NCBI GenBank assembly: GCA_964489065.1
Contig: CAZAXH010000001.1
Location: 155,460-219,459 of the forward strand
DNA from: an uncultured Planctomycetales bacterium
Lineage (GTDB): Bacteria; Omnitrophota; Gorgyraeia; Zapsychrales; JANLHA01
Reading direction: 5' to 3'
DNA length: 64,000 bases
Shown here: one piece after another, positions 49,952-61,048 of the stretch
Layout of the letters: each line of letters starts with the position of its first letter
Position numbering within the stretch: the stretch's first letter is position 1
The notes under the pieces: model-generated
Told to the model about the DNA's origin: nothing
Database searches by the model: none
What the model saw: only the letters and a program-made list of their open reading frames with translations
Made by a program: the position numbers and the translations under genes

Positions 49952-50088
49952 AAAATTTGAAAACCGTTTACAAGGGTTAAACGGCCTGACGGCCGGCAGT
50001 TATTGGGTTGTATTATAGCACACTTCAGGCGGCGGTAAAAACATCGCAGACAACGACGGGACATAGGGGCCTCGAGGGCAGGCCCGGG

Positions 50089-51807
50089 TTATTCCCATTC
50101 AATAGTCGACGGCGGTTTTGAACTGATGTCATACACGACCCGGTTCACTCCGGGGACTTCATTAATGATCCGGTTTGAAATTTTTCCCAGCAGGTCATAG
50201 GGAAGTTTGACCCAGTCCGCGGTCATGCCGTCCACGCTCGAAACACAGCGGATCGCGATCACATTTTCATAAGTCCGCTGGTCCCCCATGACGCCGACGG
50301 TCTTGATAGGGAGCAGGATGGCAAAAGCCTGCCAGACATCATGATAAAGGCCTGCTTTCTTAATCTCTTCAATGACACGTTCGTCTGCTTCCCGGAGAAT
50401 GTTGGCGCGCTCTTCGTTAACTTCACCGATAATCCGGATGGCCAGCCCCGGCCCCGGAAACGGCTGACGGTGGATAATATTCTCAGGCAGGCCAAGGTGT
50501 TTGCCGATCACCCGCACCTCGTCTTTAAAAAGTTCGCGCAACGGCTCAATGAGCTCGAAGTCCATGTTTTTCGGAAGCCCGCCGACATTATGATGGCTCT
50601 TGATAACCGCGGACGGCCCTCCGAGAGGAGACATCGATTCTATAACATCCGGATACAACGTCCCCTGCGCGAGAAAATCCACTTTCTTCATTTTCTTGGC
50701 GGTTTCCTGAAACACTTTAATAAACTCTTCCCCGATGATTTTGCGTTTTTGCTCCGGGTCTTCCACGCCTTTAAGCCGGGTGAGAAAACGTTTCGAAGCG
50801 TCCACAGTGACGAGATTCATGTGGAAATTGCCCTTAAATGTTTTCTGGACAGACAGCACCTCATTCTTCCGCAGAAGGCCGTGATCGACAAAAATACAGG
50901 ACAGCTGATTCCCGACGGCTTTCTGTAACAGCATCGCGGTCACAGAGGAATCCACCCCCCCGCTCAAGCCCAGGACGACCTTCTTTCTCCCGACCGTGTC
51001 CTGAATCTGCTTGACGGAAGCGTTGATAAATTTATCCATTGTCCACCGCGGCAGGCATCCGCAAATCTGATAAACGAAATTAACAAGAATCTGCGTACCC
51101 CGTTGCGTGTGAATGACTTCCGGATGAAACTGAACGCCAAAAATCTTTTTATTACGGTTGGCCATAGCGGCCATCGGCGCGTTCAATGTATGCGCTATCG
51201 ACACAAAACCCGGCGGCAATTTTGTCAGAGAATCAGAATGGCTCATCCAGCAGGTCAAATTGCTCGGCATGTTGGCAAACAGGTCCTTATTGCTATCAAC
51301 AAATAGTTCCGCCTGGCCGAACTCCCGTTCTTTGCTTTTCTGCACCTTCCCGCCGAAGACATGAGAAATAACCTGCATCCCGTAACAGATCCCCAGCACC
51401 GGCAGCCCTATCTTGAATATGTCCGGGTTCGGCTCCGGGGCCCCTTTATCATAAACACTTAAAGGCCCTCCGGAAAGGATAAGCCCTTTAGGGTTAAGCT
51501 TGCGGATCTTTTCAAGGTCAATATTGTACGGAACAATTTTGCTGAAAACCTTATTCTCCCGAATACGGCGGGCTATCAGTTGGGTATACTGGGAGCCGAA
51601 ATCCAACACCAAAATAAGGTCCTTATAGCGGGGCTTGGTAATTTTAACCGTAAACTTGCTTTTACCCTGGGGCAATTTAAGGCGCAAGGTTTTTTTCTTT
51701 TTGATCGCCTTACCAAAGGCCTTGGAGGACAGGACTTTCTTTTTGGATATTGTTTTTTTGGTTTCTCTCATGGGACCCACCTTATTTTGCTCTCTTTTAA
51801 AAAACAA
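50089..51807 (-). CDS. guaA: GMP synthase (glutamine-hydrolysing) with about 55-aa lysine-rich N-terminal extension
   Basis: GATase [24 protein letters not shown]-PPase SGGVDSSV. Dimerisation domain. The N-terminal KKK-rich tail is in frame with no stop. Confidence 0.9.
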   Translation of the reverse strand: MFFKREQNKVGPMRETKKTISKKKVLSSKAFGKAIKKKKTLRLKLPQGKSKFTVKITKPRYKDLILVLDFGSQYTQLIARRIRENKVFSKIVPYNIDLEKIRKLNPKGLILSGGPLSVYDKGAPEPNPDIFKIGLPVLGICYGMQVISHVFGGKVQKSKEREFGQAELFVDSNKDLFANMPSNLTCWMSHSDSLTKLPPGFVSIAHTLNAPMAAMANRNKKIFGVQFHPEVIHTQRGTQILVNFVYQICGCLPRWTMDKFINASVKQIQDTVGRKKVVLGLSGGVDSSVTAMLLQKAVGNQLSCIFVDHGLLRKNEVLSVQKTFKGNFHMNLVTVDASKRFLTRLKGVEDPEQKRKIIGEEFIKVFQETAKKMKKVDFLAQGTLYPDVIESMSPLGGPSAVIKSHHNVGGLPKNMDFELIEPLRELFKDEVRVIGKHLGLPENIIHRQPFPGPGLAIRIIGEVNEERANILREADERVIEEIKKAGLYHDVWQAFAILLPIKTVGVMGDQRTYENVIAIRCVSSVDGMTADWVKLPYDLLGKISNRIINEVPGVNRVVYDISSKPPSTIEWE

Positions 51808-51819
51808 GCCACAACGAAT

Positions 51820-52980
51820 TTATTTCCCCATGCCGACACGCTGCCCGACCTGAAACATCTTACCTTCGGTCTGAATGGAAGGGGCAATAATGATTTCAAC
51901 ATCGTGCATTTCCCTGATGTTGCGGGCCCCCAGCGATCCCATCGAGGTCTTCAACGCGCCGACCAGATTCTGTGACCCGTCGTCGACTTTGGCCGGGCCG
52001 TTAAGGATTTCATCCAGCGTCCCGGTTGTCCCGACCTTAATGCGCGTTCCGCGGGGAAGATTCGCGTGGGATGTCGCCATGCCCCAGTGGTAACCTTTTC
52101 CAGGGGCCTCTTCCGCTTTGGCAAAAGCCGATCCCACCATGGTGGCGTCGGCTCCGGCGGCAAAGGCTTTGCATATTTCACCGCCGATCCGCATACCGCC
52201 ATCGGTAATAATCGGAATATACCGCCCTTTCCTCTTAAAATAAAAATCCCTGGCGGCCGCGGCATCCACCGTGGCGCTGATCTGCGGGACCCCGATCCCT
52301 AAAACGCCCCGGGTGGTGCAGGCAGCTCCCGGGCCAACGCCGACAAGGATCCCGGACGCCCCGATCTCCATCAACTCCAATGATACATCATACGTGACAC
52401 AGTTTCCGATAATGACCGGAATATCCATGGAGGCGCAAAAATCTTCCAAATCAAGAATTTTATACTCTGTAGAAATATGCTTCACCGCCGCCACCGTTGA
52501 CTGGACGACAAAAATATCACACCCGGCTTCTTTGGCAATTTGGCCGTATTTCTGGGCGTTCTGCGGGATACAACTCACAACAGCGGGCACCTTAGCCTTT
52601 TTGATTTCTTCAACCCGGGTGGCGATTAATTTCTCTTTGACCGGCTTCAGATAAATACTCTGCACAAGTTCTGTCGCTTCTTCCGGGTTAGCTTGTGCGA
52701 TTTCTGTTAAAACTTCCTCCGGATTATCATAACGGGTCTGAACCCCGTCCAAATTAAGCACCGCAATACCGCCTAGTTTCCCCATGGCGACTGCAAACCT
52801 AACATCCACAACACCATCCATGGCCGCAGCCATAATAGGGACTTTAAACTCCACGCCTCCCAGAACAAATTGCGTATCGACTTCATTAGGATTTACAGTC
52901 ACCATCCCCGGGACCAAGGCGACTTCATCAAAACCATAACATCTTCTCGCCCTTCGACCTATACCAATCCATTCTGCCAT
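51820..52980 (-). CDS. guaB: IMP dehydrogenase family protein lacking the CBS subdomain
   Basis: Catalytic loop GVGPGAACTTR. TIM-barrel motifs. 386 aa. GGAGG RBS. Confidence 0.8.
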   Translation of the reverse strand: MAEWIGIGRRARRCYGFDEVALVPGMVTVNPNEVDTQFVLGGVEFKVPIMAAAMDGVVDVRFAVAMGKLGGIAVLNLDGVQTRYDNPEEVLTEIAQANPEEATELVQSIYLKPVKEKLIATRVEEIKKAKVPAVVSCIPQNAQKYGQIAKEAGCDIFVVQSTVAAVKHISTEYKILDLEDFCASMDIPVIIGNCVTYDVSLELMEIGASGILVGVGPGAACTTRGVLGIGVPQISATVDAAAARDFYFKRKGRYIPIITDGGMRIGGEICKAFAAGADATMVGSAFAKAEEAPGKGYHWGMATSHANLPRGTRIKVGTTGTLDEILNGPAKVDDGSQNLVGALKTSMGSLGARNIREMHDVEIIIAPSIQTEGKMFQVGQRVGMGK

Positions 52981-53096
52981 AGCTCTAAAACCTCCAAATC
53001 ATTATCAGTTTAATAGAGATTGTACAATTTTATATTTTTAGATGCCTTAATATAATGGAATTGATGGATAATGTCAATACTTTATATATAGATATT

Positions 53097-53132
53097 AAAA
53101 AAACGGCAGGGTTGCCCCTGCCGTTTGATTTT
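53097..53132 (-). terminator. bidirectional rho-independent terminator downstream of groEL
   Basis: A7 - CGGCAGGG ttgc CCCTGCCG - TTTGATTTT; on the minus strand the stem is followed by UUUUUUU. Confidence 0.8.
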
Positions 53133-53152
53133 CCAAAACTGATCTAGCGGTA

Positions 53153-54814
<1,662 letters not shown>

Positions 54815-54900
54815 TTATTTCTCTGAAATTTCGGCCACGCTCTAAAAGGGATCCCCCTTTCAAACGCAAATCTGCTTTATGGCCAAAGGACAGTTCTGCC

Positions 54901-55203
54901 TTAGTTCTTTGCCTTCTTGACAATGGCCAGGATATCATCTTCCCGCATAATAAAAACATCGTCCCCTTCGCGAGTGGTAATTTCCGTTCCGCTGTATTTG
55001 CCGTAAAGGACATGATCCCCGACTTTAACTTCCAGGGCATGGACTGTACCGTTATCCAAAACTTTGCCTTTACCGACAGCCAGGACTTGTCCTTCCTGGG
55101 GTTTCTCTTTAGCGGTATCCGGCAAAACAATCCCGCCTTTGGTTTTTTCTTCGGCTTCCAGGGGTTTAATAATAACTCGGTCGGCTAATGGTTGAATATT
55201 CAC
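54901..55203 (-). CDS. groS: co-chaperonin GroES
   Basis: Cpn10 sequence with mobile loop and GGIVLP motif. Confidence 0.95.
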   Translation of the reverse strand: MNIQPLADRVIIKPLEAEEKTKGGIVLPDTAKEKPQEGQVLAVGKGKVLDNGTVHALEVKVGDHVLYGKYSGTEITTREGDDVFIMREDDILAIVKKAKN

Positions 55204-55254
55204 TTCCGCACCTCCTTAAAAGATAAATGAACCGGTTACGTTTAATTCATTGAT

Positions 55255-55281
55255 TTAGCACTTCATTCGGCAGAGTGCTAA
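55255..55281. promoter_or_regulatory. CIRCE operator (HrcA-binding inverted repeat) upstream of groES
   Basis: TTAGCACTT-N9-GAGTGCTAA. It overlaps the -10 region of a TTGACA-containing promoter. Confidence 0.85.
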
Positions 55282-55308
55282 TTTAATAAAATTCGGTTTT
55301 TTTGTCAA
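55281..55308 (-). promoter_or_regulatory. sigma70-type promoter of groESL (TTGACA -35; AT-rich -10 overlapping CIRCE)
   Basis: Minus-strand cTTGACAaaaaaaccgaattttaTTAAAT. Confidence 0.5.
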
Positions 55309-55341
55309 GAGTTTTTTTAAAAAATTTTTTTTGTCGTCGGT

Positions 55342-55374
55342 AAAAAGAAACCCCGCACCCATGATCACGGGGCC
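55342..55374 (-). terminator. rho-independent terminator downstream of coaX
   Basis: Minus-strand CCCCGUGAUCAUGGGUGCGGGG followed by UUUCUUUUU. Confidence 0.5.
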
Positions 55375-55536
55375 GACCAGCCACTCACGGCGCAAAATGG
55401 CCTGACTTCTTAACATGCACGCGGACATCCCCGGGACAGAAGACCACGGGCATGCCAAAGGTCTTCGGCGAAGGCGGATAAAAACAACCGGCCACACCCC
55501 GCTGCAACCGCCCTCGACCTGGAAAATAAAAAAATT

Positions 55537-56334
55537 TCAGGAGGATGAAGGAACTCCTGTTGACCACATCAGCGCCATCCCTTTAAAGATCAATGTTTCG
55601 TCTAGGTGAGAAACATTCTTTTTCACATAAGGGTAATACAGCGGAGCATAGCCCCCGGTCAGGATCACCCGGGGCACCGAAGGCATTTCCTTTTCAATCT
55701 TCCGGATCAGGCCTTTGATCATTTCTCCATAGCCATAATATAAACCGCTTACAATGCTATTCTCGGTATCACGGGCGATCAGGTTTTGCGGTTTGCGCAC
55801 CCGGACCAAAGGCAAAAGCGCCGTGCGGCAGGACAGGGTTTCGGCGGAAAGCCCAATACCGGGGACAATCACTCCCCCCAGATAATCACCGCGCGCAGAG
55901 ACAATATCAAACGTCGTGGCCGTGCCCAGGTCAATGACAATCAACGGCGGGCCGTAAAGACATTTTGCCGCGAAGGCCCCGACCAGCCTGTCCTGTCCGA
56001 CCTGGCCTGGAACCCGGTAACGGTTTTGAATCGGCGGGATGACATTCTTCCCGACAATAACGGGCTTACAGCCAAAAGCCGTCCGGCATACCGAACCGAC
56101 GCGGCCGGTCAAAGGAGGGACAACGCTGCAGATCATAACACCGCTCACGCCCGGCGCCTTTCGCACCCACCCCTGGCTGACCGCGGTGATTTCTTTTTTC
56201 ATCTGACGAGCGGTCCCGCGAGAAGAAATCCTGTGTTCTGCCACCACCCGCAAGCCCTTCAAAAAGGCCAGGTGAACGGCCGTATTGCCGATATCCACCG
56301 CGACAAGATATTGATCTTTTACATTCTTAATCAT
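55537..56334 (-). CDS. coaX: type III pantothenate kinase
   Basis: VAVDIGNTAVHLA N-terminus. ASKHA-fold motifs. Confidence 0.85.
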   Translation of the reverse strand: MIKNVKDQYLVAVDIGNTAVHLAFLKGLRVVAEHRISSRGTARQMKKEITAVSQGWVRKAPGVSGVMICSVVPPLTGRVGSVCRTAFGCKPVIVGKNVIPPIQNRYRVPGQVGQDRLVGAFAAKCLYGPPLIVIDLGTATTFDIVSARGDYLGGVIVPGIGLSAETLSCRTALLPLVRVRKPQNLIARDTENSIVSGLYYGYGEMIKGLIRKIEKEMPSVPRVILTGGYAPLYYPYVKKNVSHLDETLIFKGMALMWSTGVPSSS

Positions 56335-56368
56335 AGAAAAATTATTCTAACACACGGTTGAGAGGATG

Positions 56369-56473
56369 AAAATAAAAACGGCTCGGGAGGTTGATTGAGT
56401 GAATTAGCCCCTGATTCCTTAATAACGATTTAGAGCAGCAGGGGCGCTTGAACGAAATCAACCTCCCGAGTCG
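56369..56473 (-). terminator. long nested stem-loop (15-18-bp outer stem plus an inner 7-bp stem) followed by a U-tract, between uvrB and coaX
   Basis: cggctcgggaggttgatt ... (gcccctg ... caggggc) ... aatcaacctcccgagtcg; the minus strand ends in UUUUUAUUUU. Confidence 0.45.
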
Positions 56474-56494
56474 TGTAATCCCCTCGCTTCCCCC

Positions 56495-58525
56495 TCATGA
56501 TTTCTTCCTCCGCGTTTTCTTACGGAACGTGTCCACCGGGTCGCTCGTCCCCAACACCCGCAATTCCTGAATGCGGTCCCTTAAAAGCGCCGCTTTCTCA
56601 AACTGCAGATTCCGTGCCGCCAGCTCCATCTGCCGTTCCAGTTCGGAAATCGTACTGGAGACATGAAAGATTTCTTCATCCAGGCCGGCAGTTTCCCAGA
56701 CAAGCTTTTCCGCGTCCTCATACGCCAGGTCCGCGATTCCCGATGTGTTCACCGCTTTCTCAATCGTACGGGGGATAATATTATTCCGGCGGTTAAACTC
56801 CAGCTGAATGGCCCGGCGGCGGTCGCATTCCTCCATCGCCTCCCGCATCGCCGCGCTGATCGTATCCGCGTACATAATCACCTCGCCGTTGATGTTGCGC
56901 GCGGCCCGGCCGGACACCTGAATAAGCGAGGTCCGCGAGCGCAGGAATCCCTGTTTATCCGCGTCAAAGATGGCCACCAGCGAAACCTCCGGCAAGTCCA
57001 GCCCTTCCCGCAGAAGATTGACCCCGACCAGGCAATCGAATTTTTTCATCCGCAGATCCTGCAAAATCTTGGCCCGGTCAATCGTCTGAATGTCCGAATG
57101 CAGATACTTGACTTTAATGCCCTGCTCCTGCAAATAATCCGACAAATCTTCCGCCATCCGCTTGGTCAGCGTCGTCACCAGCACCCGCTCATGCCGCTGA
57201 GCCCGCTGACGGGTGACCGCGACAAGATCGTCCACCTGCCCCGCCGTTGGCTTAACGATAATCGGGGGATCCACGATCCCGGTCGGCCGGATAATCTGCT
57301 CGGTCATCCGGCCCTGGCTGTCCCGGATTTCATAGGGCCCGGGCGTGGCCGACACGTAAACGCGCTGATGGATGGTCTGCAGAAACTCCTCAAAACGCAA
57401 CGGGCGGTTATCCAGGCAGGACGGCAGGCGGAACCCGTATTCCGACAGGGTCTCTTTCCGCGCGCGGTCGCCTTCATACATCCCGCGCAACTGGGGGATG
57501 GTCACATGCGACTCATCGATGATGACCAGAAAATCCTCAGGAAAATAATCCAGCAGGCAAAACGGGCGGCTGCCCGGCGGACGCCCGGACAAGGCCCGGG
57601 AATAATTTTCTATACCGTGACAATATCCGATCTCCCGCAGCATTTCCATATCAAAACGCGTCCGGGTGTTCAGGCGCTGCGCTTCCAGCAGCTTTCCCTG
57701 CCGCTTAAAATACTCGACCCGGGCTTCCAGTTCCGCTTCAATCTCTTTGAGCGCCGTCTCAATCCGGGGGGACGACACAATAAAATGTTTGGCCGGATAA
57801 ATCGCCACCTTTTGCAGGGCGGCCTTGATGTCCCCGGTCAGCGGGTCCAGCTGGAATATCTTTTCGATCGTGTCCCCGAAGAACTCGATCCGCACCGCGT
57901 CCTGACGGTAGGCCGGGAACACCTCCACGCTGTCCCCCCGCACCCGGATTTTCCCCCGGGAAAAATCATAATCATTCCGTTCGTACTGGATGTCGATGAG
58001 CTGGCCGATCAGCTGATCCCTGTCCAGTTCCTGCCCGCGTTCCACAAACGTCAGGCGGCCCTGGTAATCCTCCGGAGAACCCAGGTTATAAATGCAGGAC
58101 ACGCTGGCCACGATCAGGACATCCCGGCGGGTCATCAGCGATGTGGTGGAGGCGAGGCGCAGACGGTCCAGACGGTCGTTGATGGACGCGTCTTTTTCGA
58201 TATACAAATCCGTCTGCGGAATGTACGCTTCCGGCTGATAGTAATCATAGTAGCTGACAAAATATTCCACCGCGTTCTCCGGGAAAAACTCTCTGAATTC
58301 GCTGTAGAGCTGGGCAGCCAGCGTTTTATTATGGGAAATCACCAGGACCGGCCGGTTAACCCGCTCGACCAGATTCGCCAGAGTAAACGTCTTACCGCTG
58401 CCGGTCACGCCCAAAAGCACCTGGGAAGGGGCCCCGGATTGAATCCCTTCCGTGAGTTTGTCAATCGCTTCGTTCTGCTCGGTGACCGGGCGGAATTTGC
58501 TTTTAAGAATAAATTTATTCATCAT
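56495..58525 (-). CDS. uvrB: excinuclease ABC subunit B
   Basis: GVTGSGKT Walker A, helicase motifs and C-terminal UVR domain. First ATG is at 58525. Confidence 0.95.
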   Translation of the reverse strand: MMNKFILKSKFRPVTEQNEAIDKLTEGIQSGAPSQVLLGVTGSGKTFTLANLVERVNRPVLVISHNKTLAAQLYSEFREFFPENAVEYFVSYYDYYQPEAYIPQTDLYIEKDASINDRLDRLRLASTTSLMTRRDVLIVASVSCIYNLGSPEDYQGRLTFVERGQELDRDQLIGQLIDIQYERNDYDFSRGKIRVRGDSVEVFPAYRQDAVRIEFFGDTIEKIFQLDPLTGDIKAALQKVAIYPAKHFIVSSPRIETALKEIEAELEARVEYFKRQGKLLEAQRLNTRTRFDMEMLREIGYCHGIENYSRALSGRPPGSRPFCLLDYFPEDFLVIIDESHVTIPQLRGMYEGDRARKETLSEYGFRLPSCLDNRPLRFEEFLQTIHQRVYVSATPGPYEIRDSQGRMTEQIIRPTGIVDPPIIVKPTAGQVDDLVAVTRQRAQRHERVLVTTLTKRMAEDLSDYLQEQGIKVKYLHSDIQTIDRAKILQDLRMKKFDCLVGVNLLREGLDLPEVSLVAIFDADKQGFLRSRTSLIQVSGRAARNINGEVIMYADTISAAMREAMEECDRRRAIQLEFNRRNNIIPRTIEKAVNTSGIADLAYEDAEKLVWETAGLDEEIFHVSSTISELERQMELAARNLQFEKAALLRDRIQELRVLGTSDPVDTFRKKTRRKKS

Positions 58526-58618
58526 TCCCTTTGAAAAAAGTCGCTCAAGGATAGACACCCGGCGGGAGATACCGGCTATCTGAAGACAGGAAGAATCGCA
58601 ACCGCGCAAGCCGGGCCG

Positions 58619-59152
58619 CTACGGCGCGGCCTTCCCCCCCAGAGATTGTGCGATTCGATCAAAAATCCCTTTCACGAGAGGATCTTCCCGGTAACGGGTC
58701 CCGGATCTGAACCAGCCCTCTGTCACGGTGGCCACCCGGATTTCAATTTCCGCGATGTCGTTTTTGTGCCGGAGGAACACATTGGCAATGGCGTGCCGCC
58801 GGCCCCAAACAGACCAGGAGGCCCGGTCATTGGAAATGAAGAGGACCTGCTGGGCGTCCAGGTCGTTGAACGGATGACGTTCGTAAACGACCGGATCGGT
58901 TTCTTCTTCCACGATCCAGCCTTCCTCGGCCAAAGCCAAAATGACCGCCCGCCGGGCTTGTTCAAACGCGGAATGAAACCGGCGGACATACGGATTCCGG
59001 CTTTGCAAATAATGCGGGATATAAACTTTAGCGCAGCCGCCAGAAGCAAAAATCAAGCAGGCGGACAGGACAACAACCCAAAACGGCCCCAGGCCCACAC
59101 TCGGGGCGGCCGCGATGTTTTTCCAAAAACGCATTTCAGCAAATCTTCCCAT
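58619..59152 (-). CDS. hypothetical lipoprotein
   Basis: VVVLSACLIFASGGC lipobox. Confidence 0.5.
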   Translation of the reverse strand: MGRFAEMRFWKNIAAAPSVGLGPFWVVVLSACLIFASGGCAKVYIPHYLQSRNPYVRRFHSAFEQARRAVILALAEEGWIVEEETDPVVYERHPFNDLDAQQVLFISNDRASWSVWGRRHAIANVFLRHKNDIAEIEIRVATVTEGWFRSGTRYREDPLVKGIFDRIAQSLGGKAAP

Positions 59153-59447
59153 GCTTATACGGCCGGTCTTTATTCTTTAAAGATTTTTTTACAATCTCCT
59201 GTTCGATATCAATTTTCAACCCCCCGCAAAAATCCAGAAGCCGGATAAAAGTATCCGCCAGCTCCTCTCGGAAATTTTCGTCATCTTGCTTCCGGTAAGC
59301 TTCCATGGCCTCGGCCAGCTCAGTCACGATAAGCATCAGCGCCTCCCCGACATTCCGTTTTTGGTCCCAAAATCCTTTTTCCACGGCGATCGCATGGCAA
59401 ATATCCGCCCATTCATTCATGGTTTTCTTCTCGGCAGTGATAGCCAC
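59136..59447 (-). CDS. MazG-like nucleotide pyrophosphohydrolase (small all-alpha NTP-PPase)
   Basis: EALMLIVTELAEAMEA and ELADTFIRLLD EExxE/D-type motifs. Confidence 0.7.
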   Translation of the reverse strand: MAITAEKKTMNEWADICHAIAVEKGFWDQKRNVGEALMLIVTELAEAMEAYRKQDDENFREELADTFIRLLDFCGGLKIDIEQEIVKKSLKNKDRPYKHGKIC

Positions 59448-60159
59448 CCTTTACCTCCTTAGTCAAACCTACGGGTTGATATTGTTTTAAGAAATCCCTC
59501 ATGTCCTTGGGCAGCGGAGCCTCGTTCCTGACTGTCCGGCGGGAAACCGGATGCACCCAGACGAGCAACCCGGCATGCAGGGCGCAGCGCCGGAAGTGCA
59601 CAGGCAAATCTTTCCGGAACGCATACACCCGTTCCCCCACCAAAGGATGCCCGGCGTCCCGGAAATGGATACGGATCTGGTTCTTGCGCCCGGTTTCAGG
59701 GACGACGTCCACGACCGAAAACAGCGGATATTCCGCGCGGACTTTATAATGGGTCACGGCGCTTTTCTTCGCGCTGTTCCCGGACGGTTTCCGGTAACGG
59801 TCTTCAATGCCCCGGCGGATCGTGCCCTGGCGGGGGGAAACCCGCCCGCAGACAAAGGCGGTATATGTCTTTGTCACTTCTCTGCGGCGGAACGCCTCCA
59901 TCATGGCCTTCTGATTGGCTTTGCCTTTGGCAAAAAGAATCACCCCGGATGTTTCCCGGTCTAGGCGATGGCAAGGATAAAGCTTACGTTGATCACGGCC
60001 TCGGGGAGCCTGACCAGTTAAGTGTTCCGCCAGAAATGAAGGGGCGTTGACCAAATCAATCATGGACTTCTTTTCCTGTCCCGGAGACGGGATGACCACA
60101 AGACCGGAAGGCTTATTAAAAACCACGTAATCATCATCCTGATACACGATTTCAATCAT
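59413..60159 (-). CDS. RluA-family pseudouridine synthase
   Basis: HRLDRETSGVILFAK catalytic Asp motif. Confidence 0.85.
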   Translation of the reverse strand: MIEIVYQDDDYVVFNKPSGLVVIPSPGQEKKSMIDLVNAPSFLAEHLTGQAPRGRDQRKLYPCHRLDRETSGVILFAKGKANQKAMMEAFRRREVTKTYTAFVCGRVSPRQGTIRRGIEDRYRKPSGNSAKKSAVTHYKVRAEYPLFSVVDVVPETGRKNQIRIHFRDAGHPLVGERVYAFRKDLPVHFRRCALHAGLLVWVHPVSRRTVRNEAPLPKDMRDFLKQYQPVGLTKEVKGGYHCREENHE

Positions 60160-60213
60160 GGCAAAGACGCTTCATGGCGGGGTGAGAAGAGAGGACAACA
60201 GCATAACAACATT

Positions 60214-60381
60214 TCACGCCGATCCGCTGTCCTGCTCATTTTCCACGTACAGGCCTTCCAAGAGATCGGTCATATAATTGAGTTTCTTAAGGACAAGAAC
60301 CGGGAAGACCACAAAAATCCATATTTGCAGCAACATCGCAAACAGCAATTGCGCAGGGGACAAATTTAATATATTTTCCAT
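60214..60381 (-). CDS. small membrane protein ORF (55 aa); absent from the ORF track
   Basis: GGAG lies 7 nt upstream of the ATG. MENILNLSPAQLLFAMLLQIWIFVVFPVLVLKKLNYMTDLLEGLYVENEQDSGSA contains one clear TM helix. Confidence 0.4.
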   Translation of the reverse strand: MENILNLSPAQLLFAMLLQIWIFVVFPVLVLKKLNYMTDLLEGLYVENEQDSGSA

Positions 60382-60441
60382 ACGGAAACTCCAAAATAAA
60401 AAACGTTCGGCGGCTCATGCCGGATTCCCGGCGCCGATGGG

Positions 60442-60825
60442 TTATCCGGCCGATTCCGTCCCTTGACCCAACGTGGTTTCAATAAAGTCGGCGATGCTTT
60501 CCGCATCGCGGCTCTTGATGTCGTTAAAATAAATCGCCACGTTAAAAATATCCGTGCCGGGGACAGATTCCGTCCGGACAATAACACCTTGACAAGAGAT
60601 TTTCTTTGTTTGCGTCTTCCCCTCTTTTTTGCTGGAAAGCAAAAGATGGATGTTCAACTTGGTCATGGGTTCGATATACTTATCAACCTGACAATAAACC
60701 CCGGCACGGCTCAAATTCTTAGTCTCTGTCACAACGTCAAAGTCATCGCTGTAAATTTTGACAGGGATATTCCCCTGCGTTCGAGGATACTTCCTGCGAT
60801 CCATTCCGCTGAATTGTTGATTCAC
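60442..60825 (-). CDS. PilZ domain protein
   Basis: RKYPR and NLSRAGV motifs. Confidence 0.55.
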   Translation of the reverse strand: MNQQFSGMDRRKYPRTQGNIPVKIYSDDFDVVTETKNLSRAGVYCQVDKYIEPMTKLNIHLLLSSKKEGKTQTKKISCQGVIVRTESVPGTDIFNVAIYFNDIKSRDAESIADFIETTLGQGTESAG

Positions 60826-60855
60826 AAATCCTCCTTAAAGCAAAAGGCGGCGTGC

Positions 60856-61008
60856 TTATTCTGCCGGTTGTGCGCCAGCCGCGGCCTTGGCTTTTTTCCA
60901 ACAGTTTTGATTGCAATAATATTTACCGTTTCGGTAATACCGTTTTGCTTTCATAACGGCTTTTTTGCAGGCCGCGCAATTCTTCAAAGCTTCATCTTGA
61001 TCTGCCAT
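60856..61008 (-). CDS. small TRASH/YHS-like zinc-binding protein (50 aa); absent from the ORF track
   Basis: AAGGAG lies 13 nt upstream. MADQDEALKNCAACKKAVMKAKRYYRNGKYYCNQNCWKKAKAAAGAQPAE follows the C-x2-C-x17-C-x3-C pattern. Confidence 0.5.
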   Translation of the reverse strand: MADQDEALKNCAACKKAVMKAKRYYRNGKYYCNQNCWKKAKAAAGAQPAE

Positions 61009-61048
61009 AACGTCTTCCAGCTCCTTTCCCTAAGATTAACCATGACAC

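Noticed and set aside
56663-58534. 623-aa plus-strand ORF
   Set aside because: It is exactly antisense to uvrB, which has unmistakable motifs. Long antisense ORFs are expected at this GC content.
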